A stretch of DNA of 35,311 nucleotides from a virus. Numbering within the stretch: the first letter of the stretch is position 1; each line of letters starts with the position of its first letter. Made by a program: the position numbers and the translations under genes. The notes beneath the pieces are model-generated. The model had not been told where the DNA came from, made no database searches, and saw only the letters and a program-made list of their open reading frames with translations. Positions 16,667-24,203 of the stretch are shown in pieces. The stretch spans positions 1 to 35,311 of IMG/VR virus record IMGVR_UViG_3300017934_000004. One strand, given 5' to 3'.

Positions 16667-17145
16667 GTTTATCCAGCCTGGCCCTTGATTCGAGCTGGCG
16701 CGATTACGCCGGCATGTGGAATCCGCTGATCGAGCCGCAAATGGCGCCGATCGAGAAAAGCCCATGCCATGCGCCGCGGCTCGCCCTGGTGCCCGACATT
16801 CTAAACCAGGTGGTGCCGGCGAGCGGCAAGATTCAGTACAACTTTCATCTTGTGCCGGGCTCGCTGATTTGGGGTTTCTTCCCTGGTCAAATGTCGAGCC
16901 TCGATATGGTCGTGCAGCTTACCGATGTCGAGCTGGGGCACCAGTTGTTTCAGGATCCAGTCACGGTCAAGTTTTTGTTGACCGTCGGCGCCAATGCCGG
17001 CCGGTTCCCGTCCTATACCCTGCTGCCGGCGCCGCACCCGGTTATCGGCGACGGCTTATTTACGCTCGAAGTGTGGGGCAACGCCGGCGATGTGGCCGCC
17101 CTAATTCTCGGCGTCGCGGAGGTAACCGATTGCAACGTAAAGTGA
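16663..17145 (+). CDS. Single beta-sandwich domain protein (divergent member)
   Basis: ATGA overlap. MVVQLTDVELGHQLF, IGDGLFTLEV, ALILGVAEV follow the family strand order. Confidence 0.6.
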   Translation: MSLSSLALDSSWRDYAGMWNPLIEPQMAPIEKSPCHAPRLALVPDILNQVVPASGKIQYNFHLVPGSLIWGFFPGQMSSLDMVVQLTDVELGHQLFQDPVTVKFLLTVGANAGRFPSYTLLPAPHPVIGDGLFTLEVWGNAGDVAALILGVAEVTDCNVK

Positions 17146-17642
17146 TTACGCCTGGGCCGTCGCTGGTCACGGCCGCCCGCGCGATCGCCGGCGCGGATCC
17201 GCGGAACGCGATCGGCACGTATCCCTATCAGTGGCTCTTTCCTGGGCCGCATTCGCGCAACGTGACCGCTCAAAATACGGTCGCGCTTTCCGGACCTGGC
17301 TTTACTGATTTGATTCTGCAGTACGTCGTACCCGATGGCGAGATTTTTTCATGCCGCGGTGTTGTCGTCGGTTTCATCGGCACTGGTTGGAGCGAAGGCA
17401 GCACACAGCTAGAATGGACTCTTAGCGTTACCGCGGCCGGCACGCGCAAAGTGGATTTTTTTGCCAACATCAGAACGCATCTGGGGTCGCTGGAGTCGCC
17501 TTACCCGGTTCTCGGCAGGCTCGAATTTGCTCCGCTCAGTGTTTTGCAGTGGACCGTACAAAACACCGGCGGGCCGTCGGCGGGCACGTTCAGTTTCGCG
17601 CACCTGGTCGGGCACACTTATCCGCAAGTCGAGGCGGCTTAA
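17130..17642 (+). CDS. Single beta-sandwich domain protein
   Basis: 3' part of track ORF 16716..17642. TTG at 17130 lies 7 nt after ggagg (alternative GTG at 17142 in a GTGA overlap). FSCRGVVVG, LEWTLSV, LQWTVQN, FSFAHLVGH. Confidence 0.55.
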   Translation: MQRKVITPGPSLVTAARAIAGADPRNAIGTYPYQWLFPGPHSRNVTAQNTVALSGPGFTDLILQYVVPDGEIFSCRGVVVGFIGTGWSEGSTQLEWTLSVTAAGTRKVDFFANIRTHLGSLESPYPVLGRLEFAPLSVLQWTVQNTGGPSAGTFSFAHLVGHTYPQVEAA

Positions 17643-17643
17643 C

Positions 17644-17934
17644 ATGGGCGACGAAGGCAACGGAAAAATCCCGTTTCTCGGGCATCCGCCGGCGATTCGC
17701 ATTGTGCGGACGCAAACGCAGCGGATCGGCTGCCCATATTGTCCGGCGGATCCAAAAACCGGTATGCCGACCGGGTATGTCGATGTGACCGCGGAAGTCA
17801 CGCCAGGGCCGAGCGGCCATCCTCAAATGCAGATACAGAATTTCCACACACCGAAGAAGTGCGTAACGTGCGGGCGATTTTTCCAGCTCGAACCGGTGTT
17901 GCAGGTCAGAGGCGTTCCAATCCCAGGGGAGTAA
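17644..17934 (+). CDS. Small zinc-ribbon protein
   Basis: In-frame ATG at 17644 of track ORF 17461..17934. CPYC..(47 aa)..CVTC four-Cys arrangement. Confidence 0.5.
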   Translation: MGDEGNGKIPFLGHPPAIRIVRTQTQRIGCPYCPADPKTGMPTGYVDVTAEVTPGPSGHPQMQIQNFHTPKKCVTCGRFFQLEPVLQVRGVPIPGE

Positions 17935-17939
17935 ACACT

Positions 17940-18386
17940 ATGAGTGCGCAGGCATGGCAAATCTATAACGAGTTTAAGGCGACAGTCGGGCTCGCGCAGT
18001 TGAACCTCAACGCCGACGCGATGAATGTCGCGCTGTTCCTTTCGACCTCGAACTGCGCAAACGTCGGCCTAGTGACCGCGCAGTATGCGACGCTGACCCA
18101 TGAACTCGCCAACGGCAACGGCTACCTGACGGGCGGATTTGCACCGACGGGCGTGAGTTACTCACAAAGCGCCGGTACGGCAACTTTCACCATGGGAACG
18201 TCCACATGGACGGCTGCCGGCGGGAATCTGGTTTTTCGCTACGCGGTGATCTATGACAACACGGCCGCGAGCAAAAACTTAATCTGTTATTCGCTGCTCG
18301 ACACCACGCCGGCCGACATCACGATTTTAAACGGCGAGACACTGAATCTCTCGATCAACGCCAGCGGAGTTTTCACTCTCACGTAA
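17940..18386 (+). CDS. 148-aa beta-rich structural protein, probably abundant
   Basis: In-frame ATG at 17940 of track ORF 17739..18386. Followed directly by a GC stem plus T6 terminator-like hairpin. Confidence 0.6.
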   Translation: MSAQAWQIYNEFKATVGLAQLNLNADAMNVALFLSTSNCANVGLVTAQYATLTHELANGNGYLTGGFAPTGVSYSQSAGTATFTMGTSTWTAAGGNLVFRYAVIYDNTAASKNLICYSLLDTTPADITILNGETLNLSINASGVFTLT

Positions 18387-18413
18387 GCCGCGAGTGTCGG
18401 CAGCGGCTTTTTT
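18385..18413 (+). terminator. Intrinsic-terminator-like hairpin with T-tract
   Basis: aagccgc (18385..18391) pairs with gcggctt (18403..18409) around an 11-nt loop. A T6 run at 18408..18413 directly precedes the next ATG. Confidence 0.5.
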
Positions 18414-19478
18414 ATGGCAATCGCTCCAGTAGCTCACGCGACCGCGGCGGGGCCGAATAGTGCGACGACACCAGCGCAGGACACGAGCACTGCGAATCTC
18501 ATAGTCCTTTCGGCCTTAACCGGGCCGCTCGCGGTGGGGCCGGCCGTGCAGGATAGTAACCATAACATCTGGACGCCGCTCAACGGAAACCGCGGCGGCG
18601 GATTTTTCTGGAATCAGTTTTTTTACTGCATTAATCCAGTTGTCGGGCCGGGCCACACGTTCACCATAAACGATGCCGGCGGTTTCGGCTCTATCCAGAT
18701 GACGGCCTGGAGTGGCGCCGCGGGAGGCTTCGACTTACAAGGGGCTGATTTTGGCGGATCGACAACGCAGCCACTCACTCCGAGCGTAAACGGATGCCTC
18801 GTTGTCGCTTCCTACGTCGGCAGCAATGACATAACAAGTGTCAATCTTCCCTTCGCTCTCAGCGATACCGAGCCGTTTACCGGCGGCGTCAATTACGCCT
18901 CGGGCACGGCTTTCGTCATCCAAACGACGGCCATCCTGGCGCAGTGTACGTTTAACGGAGTCGGCTCAGGCGGTCCGCTGTCAATTGCATCTTTCAAACC
19001 GTCGGCAACGGCTACCACGATCACGCCACCAGCAGGCGCACTCGCGACGGCCACATTTGCGCCACTGCTCACCGATACGATCACGCCAGGCGCCGCGGCT
19101 CTCGCGATCGCGACCTTTGCGCCAGCACTGATCGGCGGATTATTGGTGCCGACCGGTGCGCTCAGCCTGCAAGGTTTCGCGCCGGCTCTGACGCGCACAA
19201 TACCGGTGCCAGCGGGCGCGCTTACGCTCGCGACCTTCGCCCCGCTGCTGGGCGAGGTAGTCGGGCCAGTGCCGCCGGCTCATCTGGTGCTGACAACCTA
19301 TGCGCCGAAACTGGTGTTTTCATTTGGGCCGGCTGCCGGCAATCACGCCGCCGCCTGGTGGTGGAGCGGCGCGGCGGCGCGCATGATAAACGATGCCGGT
19401 TTTCAACTGCTGGTGGAGCCGCACTTACAGAATGAGAATTACACCGGCGAGCCGCAACCGGATGAGGGCGCGCCATGA
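18414..19478 (+). CDS. Fibre-like protein with five 20-aa tandem repeats
   Basis: 354 aa. Globular N-terminal domain, then 5 x (I/V)xPxAGALxLATFAPxLxxx. Confidence 0.65.
   Translation: MAIAPVAHATAAGPNSATTPAQDTSTANLIVLSALTGPLAVGPAVQDSNHNIWTPLNGNRGGGFFWNQFFYCINPVVGPGHTFTINDAGGFGSIQMTAWSGAAGGFDLQGADFGGSTTQPLTPSVNGCLVVASYVGSNDITSVNLPFALSDTEPFTGGVNYASGTAFVIQTTAILAQCTFNGVGSGGPLSIASFKPSATATTITPPAGALATATFAPLLTDTITPGAAALAIATFAPALIGGLLVPTGALSLQGFAPALTRTIPVPAGALTLATFAPLLGEVVGPVPPAHLVLTTYAPKLVFSFGPAAGNHAAAWWWSGAAARMINDAGFQLLVEPHLQNENYTGEPQPDEGAP
19020..19319 (+). repeat. Five in-frame 60-bp tandem repeats inside 18414..19478
   Basis: Units start at 19020, 19080, 19140, 19200 and 19260. The first two share atcacgcca and all share the ..gcgc.ct....c.....c.t..gcgcc core. 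Confidence 0.8.
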
Positions 19479-19506
19479 TTGCGAAGGCGATTTCGAGGGC
19501 TGTTTC

Positions 19507-20121
19507 ATGAACCTTGCCGCCATCAGGCCGCGCCGGCAAATGCCGCACCCGGTACTTTACGCGCCGCGGCGCCGCGGCGGCCTGGCCGGCTACGGCCTAG
19601 GCGTCGTGCAAGTGCTTGCACCGTCGCAAACGGCTACGATCGCGAGCACGATTCAGCAAGTCGAGGGCTACTATCCTGGCTCGCTCGCGTATCAGAATAA
19701 CAACCCTGGAAACCTGGTCTACGTCGGCCAGACAGGGGCCTCGCCCGGCGCCGGCGGGTTTGCGCAATTCCCGAGCTACTCGGCCGGCCTGCAGGCGCTC
19801 GACGATCAGATACAACTCTATGCCGCCCGCGGCATGACGATTTCTCAAATGATGAACACGTACGCGCCGGCCTCGGCCGGCAATAATCCGACAGCGTACG
19901 CGAACCAAATCGCCGGCGCGCTCGGTGTGGATCCATCAACCTCGCTGCTCGACCTGGCTGGGTTTTCGACCAGCTCGCCGGCGCCGCTGCCTGCCCTGCC
20001 CGATGTCTCGACGTGGGCGAGCTGGCTACCGGACTTTTCGAGTATCGACCCGTCGAGCCTGGCAATGATCGCCGGCGGCCTGCTGCTCGGAATTGTTGTG
20101 CTCAACGTCACCGGCGACTAG
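19507..20121 (+). CDS. Tail-anchored protein with NNNPGN motif domain (possible cell-wall-active or virion-associated protein)
   Basis: In-frame ATG at 19507. Basic leader ..RRRGGLAGYGLGV. YQNNNPGNLVY..GFAQFPSYSAGLQAL..YAP..NNPTAYANQIA. C-terminal helix LAMIAGGLLLGIVVL. Confidence 0.55.
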   Translation: MNLAAIRPRRQMPHPVLYAPRRRGGLAGYGLGVVQVLAPSQTATIASTIQQVEGYYPGSLAYQNNNPGNLVYVGQTGASPGAGGFAQFPSYSAGLQALDDQIQLYAARGMTISQMMNTYAPASAGNNPTAYANQIAGALGVDPSTSLLDLAGFSTSSPAPLPALPDVSTWASWLPDFSSIDPSSLAMIAGGLLLGIVVLNVTGD

Positions 20122-20141
20122 TACCCCTAGACCTGGCCGGC
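20119..20141 (+). promoter_or_regulatory. 23-nt conserved element, copy 1 (TAGTACCCCTAGACCTGGCCGGC)
   Basis: 21/23 identical to 22135..22157. Both copies begin at the stop codon of the preceding gene and precede an intergenic gap of about 115-135 nt. Confidence 0.45.
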
Positions 20142-20276
20142 TCGCCGGCGCCGTGCTAACATTCCCGCGTGTTCCGTTGGATCCGGAAAATCCGCCGGCT
20201 GCTGCTAGGCCGCCGACCGTATCGACCCTATATCAACCCGCGGCGGTTTCATCGGCGCCGCCGGCCTGGAGGTTAC

Positions 20277-20831
20277 ATGAGAGATAGCGAAAGCATGAAG
20301 GCATACGCCGACGATTTGGAAAGCCTGGTGCTCGAACACCGGCAGGCGATCGAGCGTTTAGAGGATCGCCTTAACGGCGATCGTGGAAACCTCGACCCCG
20401 ACGACCTGGTGCGCAGTCAGATCGAGTTTTTGGTTTTGAATGTGCGCGGGCTCATGCTCGGCAAAGAACAGGAATTGCGCCAGGTGCGCGCCGAGCTCGA
20501 ATATCGGCGGCAAATGGAGGCCGATCGCGGACCCTGGCAAGAAACGCGGCCGGCCCGCATGTATCCGACCGAGCCGGCGTATCCGCCGCTCGCGACGACG
20601 CCAGGCGAATTATTTACCAGGGCCGCCGAATACATGGGGCCGGTGCCGGCGGCCGCGATCGCGCGTACAGTTTTCGCTCATCACAGAAACCCGGCGATGG
20701 TGATGATTTGCTACCGCTTAAACAACGGCGAGCTGCTGCCGATCCACAACAAAGCCGAAAAGTGGGATCCCTCGGGCGAGTGGGATTGCATCTACGAAAC
20801 CGCGATCGAGGGCGCGCAACATGCCTCTTGA
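20277..20831 (+). CDS. Hypothetical protein with coiled-coil N-terminus
   Basis: ATG 4 nt after ggagg. In-frame trim of track ORF 20169..20831. Confidence 0.55.
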   Translation: MRDSESMKAYADDLESLVLEHRQAIERLEDRLNGDRGNLDPDDLVRSQIEFLVLNVRGLMLGKEQELRQVRAELEYRRQMEADRGPWQETRPARMYPTEPAYPPLATTPGELFTRAAEYMGPVPAAAIARTVFAHHRNPAMVMICYRLNNGELLPIHNKAEKWDPSGEWDCIYETAIEGAQHAS

Positions 20832-21447
20832 ATTGCCGGCCGACATTCCGCGGACTATCTTCCGCACGCTCGACGGCCGCATGACGACCGAGGCGCAGGC
20901 CGCTTTTGAGGCCGCGAAATCGATCGTAGCGAACGGCCGCAACCTCAACGATGCGGTACTACTCACGCGCGCCGTGCGCGTGCTGGTGCTCTATGGGCAC
21001 TATACGCAATGGCCGCGGCCGGTCGTGTTCCCGGCGATCGGGATGCTGCAGGGGTGTTTCGATCGCCAGCTATACCGCGGCCGCGGGATCCGCGCGCAGC
21101 TCGCCGGCTTCCTATTCCGCTTAGTTCACGCGAGACTAGAGGCGGAGGCCCTAAAAAAGTATGGCGCCAACTCGCCAGGCTGGAACGATTTTCACATGGC
21201 GTACTGGTTTATGACCGCGGATCGGGCGACTGTGTGCGAGCTCCACCGGCGCGCGACCTTAACCCTGGTGCCAGGCGACGGACGCGAAATGCGGGCCGTG
21301 AAGGCCACCGCGGTCTACCTGGTGCAAAATGTTCGGGCTCAGTATCCGGATTTTGATGAGGCGCTAGGGCGCGTAGAAACGCGCTGTAAGCAGCCGGTGA
21401 TCGCCGGGGATCTAGCGGAAGGCCCGGCGCCGGGCGGCGCTGCATAG
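20821..21447 (+). CDS. Hypothetical protein
   Basis: 208-aa ORF overlapping the upstream stop by 11 nt. No motif recognised. Confidence 0.5.
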   Translation: MPLELPADIPRTIFRTLDGRMTTEAQAAFEAAKSIVANGRNLNDAVLLTRAVRVLVLYGHYTQWPRPVVFPAIGMLQGCFDRQLYRGRGIRAQLAGFLFRLVHARLEAEALKKYGANSPGWNDFHMAYWFMTADRATVCELHRRATLTLVPGDGREMRAVKATAVYLVQNVRAQYPDFDEALGRVETRCKQPVIAGDLAEGPAPGGAA

Positions 21448-21509
21448 CGCGCGCGAGGCCGTGCCGTTTGAATTTTATGAACAGACTGGCAGCGGTTCCG
21501 AGCCGTCCC

Positions 21510-21521
21510 GCAACCGGTTGC
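21510..21521. promoter_or_regulatory. Seventh copy of the palindrome core GCAACCGGTTGC
   Basis: Exact 12-bp core about 90 nt upstream of the gene starting at 21614. Confidence 0.6.
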
Positions 21522-21613
21522 CTAACTCGACGCGTTAAAGTATGATTCTAAACATAGCGGCGACGACCCAAGGGCCGGCCCGCAAACTGGTGTTTAAGGG
21601 ACGGGGGTAAAAA

Positions 21614-21898
21614 ATGCGACAAGGGCAAACGGTGACTATGCATAACCCTGGCGATCGCGGGGAGCATGAGAGCTGGACCCGCGGAGTAGTTAGGGGCTCG
21701 ACCCTAGTAGGCGGGCTCATCGCCTACATAGTGGAAATTGACGGCTTTAAGTGGGACGCCGGCGCACCGTGGGGAGTATATGACGGCGTGCCGGAAGTGC
21801 TCGCCAGGCCGGCGGGATTCGGCCGGCTCGATTCGGTCGAACCTGAATTGCCGCGCCTGGAGTTTATCGACACCTGGCCGCGGCGTGCTGCGGGATGA
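21614..21898 (+). CDS. Hypothetical protein
   Basis: ggggg SD then ATG. 94 aa. Confidence 0.5.
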   Translation: MRQGQTVTMHNPGDRGEHESWTRGVVRGSTLVGGLIAYIVEIDGFKWDAGAPWGVYDGVPEVLARPAGFGRLDSVEPELPRLEFIDTWPRRAAG

Positions 21899-22137
21899 AA
21901 CTCACAGATTTTGAGCCTAACATGGCCGGCGGTTTCTTGGTGTTCTGGTGCCCGGCGTGCCGCGGCGAACACGATCACCGTATCCGCGTGCCGATCGCGC
22001 CGACGGTTTTCCACGAGCATTCATGGCGGCCGGCCGGTGAGTTTCCGGCAACGCTCACGCTCACGCCGTCGATCGACGCCGGATGCTGGCACGGCAATTT
22101 AACAAACGGCGAGCTCATCACAATCCCGCCGGCGTAG
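21895..22137 (+). CDS. Small Cys/His protein of a phage-typical type (CPxC .. PT.xPSI .. CWHG..nGeli)
   Basis: ATGA overlap. FWCPACRGEH .. TLTPSIDAGCWHGNLTNGELI resembles, from memory, a widespread small phage protein family (possibly catalogued as DUF6527; not verified). Confidence 0.5.
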   Translation: MKLTDFEPNMAGGFLVFWCPACRGEHDHRIRVPIAPTVFHEHSWRPAGEFPATLTLTPSIDAGCWHGNLTNGELITIPPA

Positions 22138-22157
22138 TACCGCTAGACCTTGCCGGC
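22135..22157 (+). promoter_or_regulatory. 23-nt conserved element, copy 2 (TAGTACCGCTAGACCTTGCCGGC)
   Basis: See 20119..20141. Confidence 0.45.
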
Positions 22158-22271
22158 GATCGCGACCAGGCGCAAACTTGAAAGCGGCCCGACAATTGGC
22201 CGGCTATCCTGGCGACGCGCACCCAGACCGCGAAAACCTCGGGCCGGCCATCTAGGGCCGAAAGGGATCCG

Positions 22272-22661
22272 ATGAGTATCTCACTTGCATGGCCGACGCC
22301 GGCCAGGATTCGCGAAATCGCCGCAGCGTTCCGTCAATGGCCGAGGTGGGAATTCGCGGTCGTCGCTGCGGCCGATTTGGAAATTTGGGCCGCCCGGCTC
22401 GACGCCGCGGGGCTGCCGCCGCCGCCGGCGGCGATCAAGTGGATGTCCACACAAAAAGGCGAGGTTTATATCGCCGTCGATGAGGCGAGCGAGCGCGTGC
22501 TTGGTTACGTCGAAAAGATTGAAGGGCCGGCGGGCGGCCCGATGATGTGGCGCTGGACTATTTTCGATAAAACTTTTCTGACCGCAGAGGCCGCGAAAAC
22601 GCAGCTTGAAATCGCGTTTAGGCCGCATAGTACGGCAACTTCAGTCTACCCCTTGAACTGA
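22272..22661 (+). CDS. Hypothetical protein
   Basis: 129-aa ORF with a weak aaaggga SD. Confidence 0.5.
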   Translation: MSISLAWPTPARIREIAAAFRQWPRWEFAVVAAADLEIWAARLDAAGLPPPPAAIKWMSTQKGEVYIAVDEASERVLGYVEKIEGPAGGPMMWRWTIFDKTFLTAEAAKTQLEIAFRPHSTATSVYPLN

Positions 22662-22858
22662 TGCCTCGGCCATGTTACTTTTGCCTTGCGTGGAAGCGTG
22701 CCGAATAGACCGGCGTAAGTGACCCGCCGCCAAAGTGGACCCCGTTCGATCAAGCTATCCTCCGAGTCGGGCGGGTGTTCCCCTGGCGCCGCCGGCGCCG
22801 CTTGGGACTCCTCAGCACACCGGGAATTACTGCACAATTCGGCGCCGGCTAATTTACC

Positions 22859-23119
22859 ATGCACCCGCACGCGTTTCCTAATTGCGAGTTTTGCGGCGCT
22901 GAGGGCGCCGGCGCGCTACTGTGCGACGGACGCCTATCGTCACCCGAGCAAGTTACTCACGTCAAAACCTGCGATCGCCGTATGTGTCGCAAGTGCGCCG
23001 GCAAACCGGTTTTGGTGATTCACATGCAAATTCAAAAGAAGGGCGGCGGCCGCGGCAGCGCTTGGGACTCGCGCGACCTATGCCCTGAATGCCGCGAGCT
23101 CGGGCGTAGCGCATGGTAA
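22859..23119 (+). CDS. Cys-rich (zinc-binding-like) small protein
   Basis: CEFC .. C..(C) .. CRKC .. CPEC pairs. Last rightward gene before the convergent junction. Confidence 0.45.
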   Translation: MHPHAFPNCEFCGAEGAGALLCDGRLSSPEQVTHVKTCDRRMCRKCAGKPVLVIHMQIQKKGGGRGSAWDSRDLCPECRELGRSAW

Positions 23120-23239
23120 TTTAACCGCCAGTAGGATACAGCCCGAGGGATCCCTCCACCGGCTTGCTTTTGTGCGCCTTTGGCTTGGGGCGCGCCGGCT
23201 CTTGGGCTTGCCTTACGGCTGTACCCTACTCGCGGTTGT

Positions 23240-23746
23240 TCATCGCCTAGCCTTCAAATCCTCGATCGCCACCCGAGGGCGATCGCCGCGACCGTCGAGA
23301 ATCAGCTTGTCCAGTTCTTCCATGCCCGGAATGCTGCGGCTCGCAACGTCGGGCAACTGCTTGAGCACGCGCGAAGCCTGCGCCGGCCGGCGTCCTAGAG
23401 GTTTCAGCATCGGCTTACAGGTAAACGCGGCCGGATCCGCCTCGATTTGCATCTTGAGCTGGGTGATGAGCTGCGCTAGTTCCGGATCGGCCACGGCGGC
23501 GCGTTCTATGAACTGGCACGAATTGATAACCGTCGTGTGATGTCGGCCGATCGCACGGCCGACCTCCGACAAGGCCATGCCGGCGCCGACCAAGAGATAC
23601 GCGACTAAGTGCCGGGGGTGTGCGATATGGCGGGCATTGCTGCGACGCGTGAGGGTGCCCGGCACATAACCATACGCTTGCTCCACCAGGGCGAGGATCG
23701 CCGCTGCATTCGTTTTCTGCATTCGTGCCGGCGTCAAGAATTGCAT
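23240..23746 (-). CDS. DnaA domain IV-like helix-turn-helix DNA-binding protein
   Basis: RHIAHPRHLVAYLLVGAGMALSEVGRAIGRHHTTVINSCQFIE matches the DnaA C-terminal pattern (R..a.pRqiamYL.r.lt..Sl.eIG..fG.rdHtTV.ha...i). ATG at 23746 follows an agagg SD. No AAA+ domain is present. Confidence 0.6.
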   Translation of the reverse strand: MQFLTPARMQKTNAAAILALVEQAYGYVPGTLTRRSNARHIAHPRHLVAYLLVGAGMALSEVGRAIGRHHTTVINSCQFIERAAVADPELAQLITQLKMQIEADPAAFTCKPMLKPLGRRPAQASRVLKQLPDVASRSIPGMEELDKLILDGRGDRPRVAIEDLKARR

Positions 23747-23756
23747 AAGCGGGCCT

Positions 23757-24011
23757 CTAATCCGGATAGCGGGTGCGGGTCGGCGCCGCGGGACCATCGA
23801 CCTTGAACGTAGCGAAGTCGATAGCACGGTTCGAGTTCGACCATTCACAATTTGCCAGCTCAGGGTTTGGATCGCCGGCCATCTCCAAGGTGCAGGGCGC
23901 CTGGCGGCTGGTCACTAAGGCGCACTGCCTGCCTCCGGAAACATCATCGGGCAACGGCACAAGGATCCTCAGTAACTCATTCGCGCTTTTACCATAAAAC
24001 GGGCAAGGCAT
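23757..24011 (-). CDS. Hypothetical protein
   Basis: Strong SD aaggggga 5 nt upstream of the ATG at 24011. Confidence 0.55.
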   Translation of the reverse strand: MPCPFYGKSANELLRILVPLPDDVSGGRQCALVTSRQAPCTLEMAGDPNPELANCEWSNSNRAIDFATFKVDGPAAPTRTRYPD

Positions 24012-24029
24012 CGTTTCCCCCTTTTTCTA

Positions 24030-24203
24030 TCAGTTCGATTTGAAAAAACCAACGACGTGTTCGAGGCCTTCCGCTTTGAGTAAGTCGAGCCGGCCGGTTT
24101 CGCGCAGGTAAGCGGCGCGCCTAGTGCGCCAGTCTTTATCGTTCGGCTTTTCGTGTAGAGTAATCTTCGGCGCAGGCGCCATGGGAGTATGTTTGGATTT
24201 CAT
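24030..24203 (-). CDS. Small basic hypothetical protein
   Basis: ATG at 24203 forms an ATGA overlap with the stop of 24200..24535. Trimmed from track ORF 24030..24371. Confidence 0.4.
   Translation of the reverse strand: MKSKHTPMAPAPKITLHEKPNDKDWRTRRAAYLRETGRLDLLKAEGLEHVVGFFKSN

Noticed and set aside
16716-17129. N-terminal 138 aa of the 308-aa track ORF 16716..17642
   Set aside because: This part overlaps 16663..17145 out of frame and translates to Arg-rich, low-complexity sequence. Only the part downstream of the SD-led TTG at 17130 shows the domain-family motifs.
10814-19478. Gin/Cin-type invertible fibre segment controlled by the serine recombinase
   Set aside because: I found no inverted repeats flanking the fibre or beta-sandwich genes and no oppositely oriented alternative C-terminal exons. 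The recombinase lies more than 7 kb away in another operon.
23145-23156. The GAGGGATCCCTC palindrome as a bidirectional terminator between the convergent genes 22859..23119 and 23240..23746
   Set aside because: It is a 12-bp perfect palindrome with no loop and no flanking T/A tracts. It is more likely a chance or restriction-type palindrome than a terminator.
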